In this document: positions 25,540 to 38,728 of the stretch, one piece after another
Position numbering within the stretch: the first letter of the stretch is position 1
Layout: each line of letters opens with the position of its first letter
Source of the DNA: Heptranchias perlo
Taxonomy: Eukaryota
Reading direction: 5' to 3'
DNA: 64,000 nt
NCBI RefSeq assembly: GCF_035084215.1
Contig: NC_090340.1
Coordinates: 2,728,001 to 2,792,000, forward strand
Notes under the pieces: model-generated
Database searches by the model: none
Told to the model about the DNA's origin: nothing
Seen by the model: only the letters and a program-made list of their open reading frames with translations
Made by a program: the position numbers and the translations under genes

Positions 25540-25585
25540 CTTTGTAAATAATCCCCAGGACCCAGATGTACTGACACACAAACAT
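25540..25585 (-). CDS. Gene B exon 1: signal peptide (MFVCQYIWVLGIIYK)
   Basis: ATG plus 15 codons, then phase-1 donor AAAG|GTATT; shares VLGII with the gene A leader; in frame with the V exon. Confidence 0.78.
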
Positions 25586-25745
25586 TGTACAATGGATATT
25601 GTTCAGCCAATGAACCGCGGCTCTGACGGTAAACTATTTTAAGAGGCGAGATGTGAATGCAAAAGTTATTTAATGTACAAGAGCACCTCACCTGATCAGG
25701 AACTGTAATCTGAAGTTAAACCAACGCCCCACTGCTCGAACTTTA

Positions 25746-25778
25746 TGCGGTTTATCTCAGTGACATCATCAAGGAAGT
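25746..25778. promoter_or_regulatory. RUNX / CRE-like decamer / ETS motif cluster upstream of gene B
   Basis: TGCGGTT (25746-25752), AGTGACATCA (25759-25768), AGGAAGT (25772-25778), 160-190 bp upstream of the ATG. Confidence 0.45.
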
Positions 25779-25949
25779 AACAGGTTCACAACACGTTGAT
25801 GAAACCCACTGCCTTGACAGAAACAGTCTATTTTATACAGAAGATATAGAAAGGAAGAGATGTAGGAGGGTCCGATTGCCAGTAAGCGAAGGTCGGGATG
25901 CTTGAGAAAGAGGATATTTTACGCTGAATCTGGTCCAAGTGACTCCGCC

Positions 25950-26500
25950 CCTAGACCGTCAATATTTCCTCCCGCGGTCTATATTATCTATGCGGGACGT
26001 GTTCGGAGCGGTAAAACAGTGATGCTGTAGATTTCCAAAGGCTGCTGCCAAGTAAAGGGACACATCAGGGAATGGATTCTCCTCTTCGGGTCGCAGTTCC
26101 CTCAGGATGGTATTTCCACCTGTCCGTCCGAATCCAACCCGATCCTGATCCATTTTTTTTCTGGTCGCGTTTCATCTGATGCGCGCGGCGACTCTCGGCA
26201 TGCACCAGTGGAGATATTGCTGGCTCAAGTAAAAGCGAGAAGGAATCGACTGTTAAGCTTTGACGGTGGCAAGCCCCAAAGGAGGGTTGTTCAGGCTGTT
26301 TTCAAGGAGGCTGCTGAGGATGTCTGTGCAACGTCACCACCCAAGTACTGCAGGAAGAGTTTGAATGTACTACTGAAACTTCACTCATCGTCTTGCCTCA
26401 AACTCTTTCTCTTAGGTGACCTGAGTGTTAGGACAAGCCACGTATGCATAGACAAACCTCTTCAAGTACTCCAGCACCAACTGAATTGAGAATCGCTCTG
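25950..26500 (+). mobile_element. Decayed Harbinger Myb fragment
   Basis: EILLAQVKARRNRLL..FKEAAEDVCATS..YCRKSLNVL resembles the SANT motif. Confidence 0.55.
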
Positions 26501-27559
26501 TGAACTCACATAGCCTGTCGCAAAGGGGTCTGCGTGTCTTCAGGGACATTTCCTTTAAATACCTAATTCCCCTGCACCTCTCATTATCATGTGATGCTCC
26601 CACTCACATTGGAGAAAACAAGGTCCCTATCATTGACCTTTTAACATTACCTTCTCCTCCCACAAAGGAAAATGGAAGCACACAAATCCCAAGGGGATAT
26701 TCGGTCTGTCATGACACGGACCCTTACATGAGATATTGTGTCATATAATAGGTTAACAAAAGGCCATCACGGGTAAATGCTATGACGGGCTGCAGTGAGA
26801 GAGAAAGAGTGAGAGAGGGAAGGGGGCGGGGCGGGGGGGCGTCCAGCATGTGCTGAGATGCATCTCTGCAAAACAGAGAGCTTGAGCAAGATAAAGTATA
26901 ATCAGAGAAATAAATGTAACTGGTGTAGAAGTAATGAACAGTCTTGCTGTGAAACTGGGCTTAGACACAGAATCTTAGATGAACCTTATATCACAAGACT
27001 TTAGGAGTGTAACAGTTAAAGTAGTTAAGCCTATGTGTGTGTGTGGGGGGGGGGGGCGTTGGGGGTTTGGGGGATGGTGGGGTTACCATGGAACAGTTAA
27101 GTTTAAGTATAGTGGAAAATTAACAGGAGAAACAAGAAACACAAGATCAAATAACGCTGAGCAAGAGATAAGAGATGGGGCCTTATGTATAACCATTTCA
27201 CGCTGAGACTAAACAAGTGATACACTGCCGAGCTGGGCAAATCAGGTTTCAGTCAGTTTTCAGACAAATAGATAACAATTGGTGCTAGCGTTAGATCATA
27301 TCTTATGACCAAATGTCGGTGTGCTATGGTTAAAATCTAAATGTAGAACGCAATTTACCTTCGTGGTGGGGTCGGGGCGGAGGTGTAGGGTGGGGGGTGG
27401 GGGCTGGGAGGTGGAGGGGATTTCTGATCAAGAACAGTCTGGTAAGATAAATACATAGTTGCTTGCTTTTAATCACCTGCATGTTCAAGAAAACTTGAAA
27501 GATAAGTTGTCTCTAGAATCAGAGCCTTTCTTGGGACTGGAGTGGAAGTCCTATAAGGT

Positions 27560-28670
27560 ATCATTCACTTCCATCCTTACAATTAGAAAAGGCTGACTTT
27601 GAGGGTTGAGGAAGAAATTGACCACAGTAAACTGGGCGGACCTGTTAAAATCACAGATGAACTGTGGGAGGTATTCAAAGAAGTCTTTGGCACAAAACAA
27701 GACCTCTACATACCCCTAAAGACCAAGAACTCTACTTATGAAATTAAATAACCTCGGTCAATAAGGGAATAGAGACATATTTCTAAGTTTACTGATGCCT
27801 CTAAGTGAGGCGGCACAGTAAATAGTGTATACAGGAGCAGAAAGTTAAAAGTCACATTGATAGATTAAGTGAGTGGGCAAAACTGTGGCAGAATGATTTC
27901 AGTGTGGGGATGTGTGAGGTCATCCACTTTGGACTCAAGAAAGATAGATCAGATTATTTTATAAATGGTGAGAAGCTAGGAACTGTGGAGGAACAGAGAG
28001 ATTTATCGGTCCAAGTACAGGAATCACGAAAAGCAGGTGGACCAGGTAGAAACCATAATTTAAAAGGCTAATGGAATGTTGGCTTTTAACTCAAGGTAGT
28101 TGAAATATAAAGTTATACGACAGTTGGATAAAGCTGTGGTTAGACTTCTTCTGGAGTACTGCATTCAGTCCTGGGCACCGCACCTCAGGAAAGGTACTTT
28201 GGCCTTGGTGGGGATGTAGCGCAGATTCACCAGAATGATACCGGGGTCAAGGGGTTAAATTATGAGGACAGGTTGTATTCGCTTGAATATAGAAGGTTAA
28301 GGAGTGATTTAATTGAGATGTTTAAGATGATTAAATTATTTGATAAGGTAGATAGAGAGAAACGATTTCATCTGGTGGGGGAGTCAAGAACAAGGGGGCA
28401 TAACCTTAAAATTAAATCTGGACCGTTCAGAGGTGATGTCAGGAAGCATTTCTGCACACAGAGGGAAGTGGAAATCTTGAACTCTCTCTTGAAGCTAGGT
28501 CAACTGAAAATTTCAAAACTGAGAGGTATAGATTTTTGTTAGGTAAGGGTATTAAGATAGCTGGAACTAAGGAGGGTAAATGGATTTAAGATACAGATCA
28601 GCCATGATCTAATTGAAAGGCGGATCTGTCTCGATGAGCTAAATGACCCACAGCTGTTCCTATTTTTCAC
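27560..28670 (+). mobile_element. Decayed CR1 fragments
   Basis: YSLEYRRLRSDLIE..TRGHNLK. Confidence 0.8.
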
Positions 28671-29969
28671 CCCATTTCCATGAGTCATAATTGGTTGCTT
28701 GGCAAAAATCATAATCAAGCGGTCGAACGAAGGTGCAGTTTGTGCTCCTTATATATATATATAGTATATGTATATGTGCCTGTATCAAGGTTTCCCCGAA
28801 GTTAGCTCTTAGTAACAGTACAGCCTGTGGGTTATTTATTTACGAATTACGGGCCCCAGAAATTGCCACTTTTCTCTGGAGTAGCTCCTACAATAAACTC
28901 TCCAGGCTCTCTACACTGAAGAGAACAGTTTCCGGAGCTCTTCCAGTCATTATTGGTCTCTTAAATCAACCTGCAACATAAAATGATGCCTCGCTAGGTT
29001 TTACTAGATAAAACCAGTACAGCACAACCGTCCGCTTCTCGTTGCTTACCCGGCCAGGATCGCTCTACCCATTCGGATTTTGACTCACAGACTTATCTGG
29101 AGTTGAATGGGAAAGTTACCACCTCCGAGCAACAACCTTATTGATGCAGATCCCATCAGTGAGGCAGGCTAGTTATTCAACCTGGAGCAATGCGTTGGAT
29201 TACGTCTGGGTACTTGACTCATGTGTTGCATTACCCAGTCGTCCATGAAGGTTTAACTTGGTTCTTAACATCCGCCACCTACTTTGTTTCCTTGGAGTCA
29301 TCTTGATTTTCAAGAGACCCCGGTGGCTTCCCCAAAATACAATGATGATGAGCTCCCGTCGAAGTGCTTCGCCTGAAATTTCCTTGCACTCTAAACCCTG
29401 TCTGTGCAGTTTCTCTGAAGTTTGCTCCGATCTACCACTGAAGTTACGGTGACAAATCGAGAGAACTCTGGAGGAAATTCCCGGAGGGAGATACAAACTC
29501 TGCAGTTGGATGCATGCCAGGAGGATTCCTTCACCCTCTCTATACAACATGATAATTATATTAGTAAACACTAATTGTAATTAGGCCCAAAAACGGTGGT
29601 GTAGTCCCTCTTCTGGCGATGTTACTTTCATGGAACAGGAGCGGCACTGAGGAAATTCTCAGACTTACCCTGTTACATGTTAAAAATCCTGATTGTTACC
29701 TAACTGAACTACATAATTGCAATGAACAAAAAGCCTTTTCTAGCATAATTATATTGATTTCTATTTTGAGATCATTGTTGCTTATGGAAATTCGGCAAAA
29801 CCCCTAAACCCACGACCTCCAATATTTAGAAGGACAAGGCCAACAGTTTCATGGGAACGCCATCACCTCACACATAAGATCCAGAGAGGTGTTGCTGAGG
29901 TAGAATTGATTGTCATCAGAGTATATGGAGAACCTGACCTAATGTCTTTGGATTATGTGAACGATAATT

Positions 29970-32480
29970 GTGGGTGCAACTGTAATCATGGGTGACTTTA
30001 ATCTACATATAGATTGGTCAAACCAAATGAGCAATAATGCTGTGGGGGAGGAATTCCCGGAGTGTGTATGTAATGGTTTTCCAGACCAATACGTTGAAGA
30101 ACCAACTAGAGAACAGGCGATCCGAGTATTGTGTGATGAGAAAGGATTAATTAACAATCTTGTTGTGCGGGGTCCCTTAGGGAAGAGCGAACATAACATG
30201 ATATAATTCCTTATTAAGGTGGAGAGTGAAGTATTAGAATCCGAAACTAGGGTCATGAAACTAAATAAAGGACATTACGAAAGTATGAGATGCGAGTTGG
30301 CTATGATAGATTGGGGAACTTTACTAAAAGGGATGATGGTGGATAGGCAATGGCTAATATTTAAAGAACGTGTACAGAAATTACAAAAAACTATTTATTC
30401 CTGTCTGGAGCAAAAATAAAACAAGAAAGGTGGCTCAACCGTGGCTTACAAAATAAATTAGGGGTAGTATTAGATCTAAAGAGGAAACATATACAATTGC
30501 CAGAAAAAGCGGCAAGCCTGAGGATTGGGAGTAGTTCAGAATTCAGCAAAGGAGGACAAAGAGATTGATTAAGAAGGGGAAATAGAGTATGAGAGTAAAC
30601 TAGCAGTGAACATGAAAACTGACTGTAAAAGCTTCTATAAATATGTCAAGAGAAAAATATTAGTGAAGACAAATGTAGATCCCTTACAGTCAGAAATAGG
30701 GGACATTAAAATGGGGAACAAGGAAATGGCAGAACAATTGAACACATACTTTGGTTCTGTCTTCACAAAGGAGGACACAAATAACCTCCCAGAAATGTTA
30801 GGGAACCAAGGGTCCAGTGTGAGGGAGGAACTGAAGGAAACCAGTATTAGTAAAAAAATAATGCTAGGGAAATTAATGGGGCTAAAGGCTGACAAATACC
30901 CAAGGCCTGATAATCTACATCCCAGAGTAGTAAAGGAAGTGGCCCTGGAAATAGTGGATGCATTGGTGATCATCTTCCAAAATTCTATAGACTGTGGAAC
31001 AGTTTCTACAGATTGGAGGGTGGCAAATGTAACCCCACTGTTTAAAAAACAGGAGGGAGACAAAAAAAAAACAAGGAATTACAGACCAGTTAGTCTAACA
31101 TCAGTAGTGGGGATAATGCTAGAGTCTATTATAAAATATGTGATTACAGAACACTTGGAGGGCATTAACAGGATTGGACAAAGTCCGCATGGGTTTATGA
31201 AAGGGAAATCATGCTTAACAAATCTACTGGAGTTTTTTGAGGATGTAACTAGTAGAATAGATGGGGGAGAACAAGTGGATGTGGTGTATTTGGATTTTCA
31301 GAAGGCTTTTAATAAGGTGCCACACAAGAGGTTAGTGTGCAAAATTAAAGTACATGGGATTGGGGGAATATACTGGCATGGATTGAGAATTGGTTGACAG
31401 ACAGGAAACAGAGAGTAGGAATAAACGGCTCTTTTTCTGGGTGGCAGGCAGTGATTAGTGGGGTACCACAGGGATCAATGCTTGGGCCCCAGCTATTCAC
31501 AATACATAACAATAATTTGGATGAGGGAACTAAATGTAACATTTCCAAGTTTGTAGACGACACAAAGCTGGGCTGGAATGTGTGCTGTGAGGAGGATGCA
31601 ATGATGCTCCAATGTGACTTAGACAAGTTGAGTGAGCGGGCAAGAACTTGGCAGATGCAGTATAACGTGGATAAATGTGAGGTTATCCACTTTGGTTGTA
31701 AAAAGAGAAAAGCACATTATTATCTGAATGGTGATTGATTGTGAAAAGGGGAGGTGCAACGAGACCTGGGCGACATTGTACACCAGTCGCTGAAAGCGAG
31801 CATTCAGGTGCAGCAAGTAGTTAGGAAGGCGAATGGTATGTTGGCCTTCATTGCAAGAGGATTTGAGTACAGAAGCAGAGATGTCTTACTACAGTTATAC
31901 AGGGCCTTGGTGAGACCACATCTGGATTATTGTGTGTAGTTTTGGTCTCCTTATCTGAGGAAGGATGTCCTTGCCATGGACGGAGTGCAACGAGGGTTTA
32001 CCAGACTGATTCCTGGGAATTCAGGACTGACGCATGGGTAGAGATTGGGTCGATTAGGCCTGTTTTACGAGAGCTTAGAAGAATGAGAGGTGATCTCATC
32101 GAAACATATAAAATTCTAACAGGACTAGACAGACTAGATGCAGGAAGGATGTTCCCGATGGCTGGGGAGTCCAGAACCAGGAGTCACAGTTTCAGGATAC
32201 GGCGTATGTCATTTAGAATCGAGATGAGGAGAAACATCTTCATTCAGAGGGTGGTGATGCTGTGAAATTCTCTACCACCTAAGGCAGTGGAGGCCAAGTC
32301 ATTAGATGTATTCAAGAAGGAGATAGATATATTTCTTAATGCTAAAGGGATCAAGGGATATGGGGGAAAAAGCGGGAACAGGGTACTGAGTTAGACGATC
32401 AGCCGTGATCATTTTGAAAGGTGGAGCAGGCCCGAAGGGCCGAATGTCCTACTCTTGCTCCTATTTTCTATGTTTCTATG
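29970..32480 (+). mobile_element. 5'-truncated decayed CR1 LINE
   Basis: IMGDFN, YLDFQKAF, GVPQGSMLGP, FVDD in broken frames; TTTCTATG tail. Confidence 0.92.
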
Positions 32481-33334
32481 TCACTAATGGGCAGCATGTA
32501 GATGAGATATGGTGGGGGGTGGGGAGGGGGGCGGAGGGTAGAACATTGGGGGATTCCAGAAGTAACAATGTGGTGGAGGGGAAAGAAGGCATATCAGAAG
32601 ATTATCCAGCTACTACTGGAATCATGGGAAGGCATTTCTACCCAGCTGGACAAAGGAGGAAAGGCATTGGACTATAATCCACAGCTGGATGCTGCCTTCA
32701 TGTACAGCTCCAATATATCACAAAACTCGGTAAATGAAGATATGTGTCTTCCAACATGTCCAAGTAGTTGCATCTCGGTAATATAACATAATTCCTGGAC
32801 TGCCTACGGATAGGAGCAAGTGGTATTCATACTAGTATACTTGTCTCTCCTTCCGCCTCAGTAATTCATCTTCTTCCCCGAAGTTCAACACCCCTATAGC
32901 CCGAATGCAAATATCAGTAGTATGTCAAAAATACGCCAGAAATGTCCTCAGGGCTTCTCCTGCCCCGTCATCGTAAGTTCTGCGCGAGTTCAGCCCCTTT
33001 TATGTGTGTAAAAAGGATGTGCACCGAACCTCCTCCAAAGTTACGGTTGCAGAGCGAGAGGCGCCTGGAGGAAATTTCAAGTTATTGTTTTAACTTATTG
33101 AGTTCCTGGCGGTATAGGTTTAGCTCACCCCCCCCCCCCCCGCCAATTGAAGCAGCTACTTGTCCAATCAAGAGCTGCACGGCAAAAAAGGAGTTAGGTA
33201 CATGGTTCCTTTCAGCCCAGAGATTGTTGATGCTTTTATTGCAAAATCCTGCAGAAGTTGCTCTTAATTTTCTAGCCATCCACTCTAATCTGCAGTGGAG
33301 AAGAAATTCCAAATATATTTGATAAATTTATCAG

Positions 33335-34228
33335 GTGAAATGTCCCCATCGATCTCCGATCTCCCGCTCTAACATCAGCGGAAGATCGGTGGTAAAGCTA
33401 AAGAAACGCCGTGGGTGTGAAGTTTAACTGTTGGAGGGGGTGTAGCGGGGGCGGGGGGGGAGGTTGGGGGTTCAAAACGGGTGATAGCGGGTTGGCCGCC
33501 CATTGTATACACCGTCTACTTTTCTTTTCCATTGAATTCAAAGTTATGAGTGCCTGATAAGATCGTTTCAGTTTTCCGCAGGGAGGGTCAAGTTAAAATT
33601 ACCCCGGACTGTTTCTCGAACATTCCGCTGATCATCCGCCGAAATTACGACAGACAATCGGGAAAACTCCAGCAGAAAAAGTAAATCTAGTGCAACTATT
33701 AGTTTGCCCTCCTAATCCTGACGCCTGTCTTCCCAATTCCAGGGTCATGCCCTTTTGCGGGAAAGGAGAACTGTCACAATCTCTCAAACGTGGAATCGGT
33801 CCTCCAGCGATCGGAGTCCCGTATCATTGTGAAAGTGAACAGAAGCAGGGCGCAAAATACCTGTAAGGCATCATTGCTATGGCAGGAAATTTAATCCTTG
33901 GGCAATAGTGTAAAATGGGCGCTATCCAATTGGCCGCTCATTATACACCTGGTCTATTCTCCCTCTACTGACTTGAATGGAAAGGAAAATCCGACACAAT
34001 AATGGACGGCTGATTCGATATCCCCATTTTACACTATCTTTCATTGGGTAAGTTTAACTTCGGCCATAGTGTAAAGTGGGCGATAGCGAATAGAAAGCGC
34101 ATTTTAAATTTTTCCCGAATTTTATTTTCATTGGCTGCAATAGAAATAAAAATCAGGAGAGATGTAAAACGGCTGCCGATTCGCTATCAGTTATTTTATA
34201 CGATCACACAAAGTCAAAATTAACCCCA
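33335..34228. mobile_element. Cluster of short palindromic MITEs; related copies at ~1198-1330, 12720-12858, 13490-13630 and 58783-58916
   Basis: Shared ends GGGGT(A)AATTTT..AAAATTACCCC; internal GGGCGATAGCGAAT/ATTCGCTATC and CATTGAA-T-TCAATG palindromes. Confidence 0.65.
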
Positions 34229-35759
34229 GTAGATTGACAATTATAGGGCATTTGAAGTTTAGAGAAATCCTGTAGTGAAATAGCCACACAGGCCTCGTCG
34301 GTATTCTCTCTCCTTCCTCCCAATTCAAATCTGCCAGAAGCAGGCCCAGTTCCTGTGCGGAGTCGCAGCCATTGATATGACACGTTTGAAGATGGGAAGA
34401 ATTAACCTTCTCCCGATATATGAACATAGATCAGTTGTTAAAATGATATTGAAAGGTGATGTCTAATAGTTACAGTTGTTAACTTAATAACCTGTTTCCA
34501 TTATGTTGCAATAAACTCAGCGCTTGAAATACTGATGCACTGAGAGGTACGAAGAACCGCTTCTTCACTTACACGTAAATAGCGATATTCGGAAAAATGT
34601 TGGGCAATGGTTTTCAGTACAACATAAACCGCATCACAGTTTTGGTAAAAGGTCAGATTGAGTCATACCTAACTGTATACGCTAGCAGTAGAATACTGAC
34701 TCGTTAACCACTTCACTGACGTGGATAACATACATCTTCTGTATTTCTATTTCATCGAGTCCATCGTGATAACATTTTAAAGAAGTGACATTTCTTTTGT
34801 TGCTATCTGCAGCCCGCGAGTTACACTGCAGGTATATGCACCATCTTGAATAAGTCGTTTAGGTATTAATATGTACCAACCTATTTAGGAACGCACACAA
34901 TCATCCTTCCAGAGCCACAACGAGCCCTCTCATCCCGTCTACACCTACCTGAGAGTCAATCTCTTCAAAAAGAGTCAAGCTATTACGGAATGTGCCTCGG
35001 GACATTTATCGATAATCTCGATCATGTTGCTTCGAGAGGCCGGGAAATATATCCCAGATAAATGCAAGTACACGTGAAAACAACATTTACTGAGAGAGGA
35101 TGAAATGCTTATCTCTGGATTGAGCTGGTGGAGGTGGTTTTGTGGGATGTAGGTCAATATTTTAGAAAAGTCTCAACGATATGAGGCGATTATAAATAAT
35201 ACAATTCTTCAGTAAATTTGCAACAAAAAATCGAGGTCTAAGACTTTATTCGAATAATGAAGGTTTTATTACAATTTAAAACCGTTTTGTTTCGGAACCA
35301 TGTTATAGGATTGTGTACCCTGTCGCCTTAGTAACCGCTAATGTCAAAATAACTTAATATGTCGGTTTCTCTTTCTCTGGTGCACCATGGATATTTACTC
35401 TGCCCTGCACTTCACCACTACTGCTTTAGTCATCCCATTTTCTGCCGTACTCGTTCTGTTACATTGTCAGAGGTGCCGTCTTTCGGGTAAGAAGTTAGAC
35501 CCAGACCCTGTAGCCCTCTGCCGTTCAAATGGTCGCGCAAGATCCCATGATAGGATTGTAAGAAAAATAAGACGTTCCCTGGGTAGCTTGGGCGGCAACT
35601 CAACCAACCCCAGCAAAAACAGAATAATAGATAATTTATCTAATTGATTCTTCAAAATTGGCTGCCTACATGATAACAGCCATTACATTTCAAGAAGAAC
35701 TTCCTTTTATGTAAAAGAGGTTTGGGATGTGATGACGATGTAATATGTCGTTATACATG

Positions 35760-36215
35760 TTAGCCTAGGCTCAGTGGCAGAACGCTCGCCTCTGAATCAG
35801 ATGGTTGTGGTTTCACAGTTCCACTCCACAGACTTGAGCAGAAAGTCTATGCTGACACTTCAGTGCCGTACTGAAGGAGTGCTGCACTGTCGGAGTTGCG
35901 GTCTTGCCGATGGGACATTAAGTCTGTCCTCTTCGGTGGACGTTATAAATATCCCATGGCACTATTGAAAGAAGGACAGGGGAGTTTTCTCTACTGTCCT
36001 GGTCAAATTTTGCCCCTCAGCCAACCTTACTAAGTAAACAGATTATCTGATCATTATCTGCTTGCTGTTTGGGGATCTTGCTGTGTGAACATTGGCTGCC
36101 AGTTTACTACGTTACAGCAGTAAAACTACAAAATTACTTCCTTGGTTGTAAAGTGCTTTAGGGGGTCCTGAGGTCGTGAAAGACTCTGAATAAATACAAG
36201 TTCTTTCTTTCTTTC
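35760..36215 (+). mobile_element. DeuSINE, near full-length with tRNA-like head
   Basis: GGCTCAGTGG A-box; homologous to 7505-7845; (TTTC)n tail; a second decayed copy at ~35460-35760. Confidence 0.75.
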
Positions 36216-36984
36216 TGGTATTTCTCTATATATTTTTCAACCTGAGTGTGTTCATCTCAGAGCCTGGCACTTCATCTCGTTTTCTTAATTGTATTCGCTT
36301 CCCTTGCTGGTTTTCCTTATAAACCACGAACAAGGTGCGTTAGCAATTATCAATTGTTCCCCTTCTTCGTATTACGATCTACTTACCCTTTTCTGAAACT
36401 ATGTAATTACACCTACACAACAAATTCATTTTGTGCAGAGAAGAGCTACGACCATAATTAAGGCCCAACACCGCATCCTCGCGCCGAAACGCAAATAAAG
36501 CTTGATTCGTCCTGTCGGGCAATCCCGAGGCCGAAGTGTGCCCTCAGGGACGGCTGACCAGGAAAGTCGCGGGCACATGATGCCCGATCTTCCGAACTTC
36601 AACGTAACTAGGCAGAAAAACAAGTACAGCGGAAAAAAGAATTTCCTGCCCAATGTTTCCTGCAAGCGCCTTTCCACTGCCGGTGTGTCGCACCTCTGCA
36701 TCAGCACTTTTAGTGTTCAAATATTGCACGCTTTTTTTTAAGTGAAACTCACAAAGCAACATCTTGCAACATGTGATGCATCTCACACGCGTTTAATGGT
36801 ACTATCTCTCCCCTAAAGAGATTTCAGGTGTTGGTGGGGATTCATGGTATATGCACAAGTCTTTTTATGTTTCTGATTGTTTTCATGATATGTATCAATA
36901 ATGTAACCAGATGCCATTATCTCAGCAATCGGGGCATTTCCGCTAGTCACAGTTTTGATGAATCGAGACCTTGTTTTGAGCATG

Positions 36985-38010
36985 AGAACATAAAACATAG
37001 GAGCAGGAGTAGGCCATACGGCCCCTCGAACCTGCTCGGCCATTCAATAAGATCATGGCTGATTTTCGACCGCAACTCCACTTCTCCGCCCAATCCCCAC
37101 AGAGTCCAAAATTCTATCTATCTCAGCCTTGAATATAATCAACGACTGAGCACCCATAGCCCTCTTGGGTAGAGAATTACAAAGATTAACCACCCTCTGA
37201 GTGAAAAAATTCCGCCTCATACCAGTCCTAAATGGCCGACTCCTTATCCTGAGAATATGCGCCCCAGTTGTAGACTCTCCAGCCACGGGTAACATCCCTT
37301 CAGCATCTACCCTGTCATGCCCTCTAACAATTCTATATGTTTGAATGAGATCACCTCTCATTCTTCGAAACTCCAGAGAATATAAGCCTATTTTACTCAA
37401 TCTCTCCTCATTGGCCAACCATTGCACCTCATCTAAGGCAAGTATATCCTTCCTTAGGTAAGGAGACCAAAATTGTACACAGTACTCCAGGTGTGGTCTC
37501 AGCAAAGCCCTGTACAATTGTAGCAGAACTTCATTGCGCTTATACTCCAACCCATTTGCAATAAAGACCGACATACCATTTGCCCGCCGGATTGCTTGCT
37601 GTACCTGTATGTTAACTTCACGTGTTTCGTGTATAAGGACACCCACATCTTTTTGAACACCAACATTTAATAGTTTCTCACTGTTTAAAAATACTCAGTT
37701 TTGCTCTTCTGTCTGCCTAAGTGAATAACTTCACATTTCCCCACATTATACTTCATCTGCCACCTTATTGCCTACTCACTAACCTGCCTATATTCCTTTG
37801 CAGACTCTTTGTGTCCTCCTCACAGCTTATTTTCCCACCTAGCTTTGTATCATCAGCAAACTTGGATACATTACACTCGGTCCCTTCATTTCAGTCATTA
37901 ATATAGATTGTAAATAGCTGAGGCCCAAGCACCGATCCTTGCGGCACCCCACTAGTTACAGCCTGCAAACCTGTAAATGACCCATTCATTCCTAATCTCT
38001 GTTTTCTGTC
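36985..38010 (-). mobile_element. CR1 3' RT fragment
   Basis: GVPQGSVLGPQLF; RPHLEYCVQFWSPY. Confidence 0.9.
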
Positions 38011-38059
38011 CTGGAGAGAAGGGAAATTTATCCCAGTTGTTGGAAAAAGAGACCAAGTT

Positions 38060-38728
38060 GGATTCTGCAGGTGGCACGGAAACTTATCTGGACCAGCCAC
38101 ATAAATACTGTGGTTACAAGGGCAGGTCAGAGGCTGGGTATTCTGCTGCAAGTGACTCACCTCCTGACTACCCAAAGCCTTTCCACCATCTCCAAGGCAC
38201 AAGTCAAGAGTGTGATGGAATACTCTCCACTTACTTGGATGAGTGCAGCTCCAACAACATTCAAGAAGCTTGACACCATCCAGGACAAAGCAGCCCGCTT
38301 GATTGGCACCTCATCCACCACCCTAAATATTCACTCCCTTCACCACCGGCACACCGTGGCTGCAGTGTGTACCATCTACAAGATGCACTGCATTAACTCG
38401 CCAAGGCTTCTTCAAAAGCATCTCCCAAACCCGGGACCCCTACCACCTAGAAGGACAAGGGCAGCAGGCACATGGGAACAACATCACCTGCACGTTCCCG
38501 GACAAGTCACGCACCATCCCGACTTGGAAATATATTCCCGTTCCTTCATCGTCGCTGGGTCAAAATCCTGGAACTCCCTACCTAACAGCACTGTGGAAGA
38601 ACCTTAACCACACGGACGGCAGCAGTTCAAGAAGGCGGCACACCACCACCTTCTCAAGGTCAATTAGGGATGGGCAATAAATGCTGGCCTTGCCAGAGAC
38701 GCTCACATCCCATGAACGAAAAAAAATA
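38060..38728 (+). mobile_element. Second LINE family 3' fragment
   Basis: KAQVKSVMEYSPL; same 3' tail. Confidence 0.9.

Noticed and set aside
26708-27330. Possible solo LTR (TGTCATG start, AATAAA)
   Set aside because: No definable end, TSD or second copy
35387-35647. ORF with hydrophobic N-terminus
   Set aside because: Runs into a SINE; no supporting splice context
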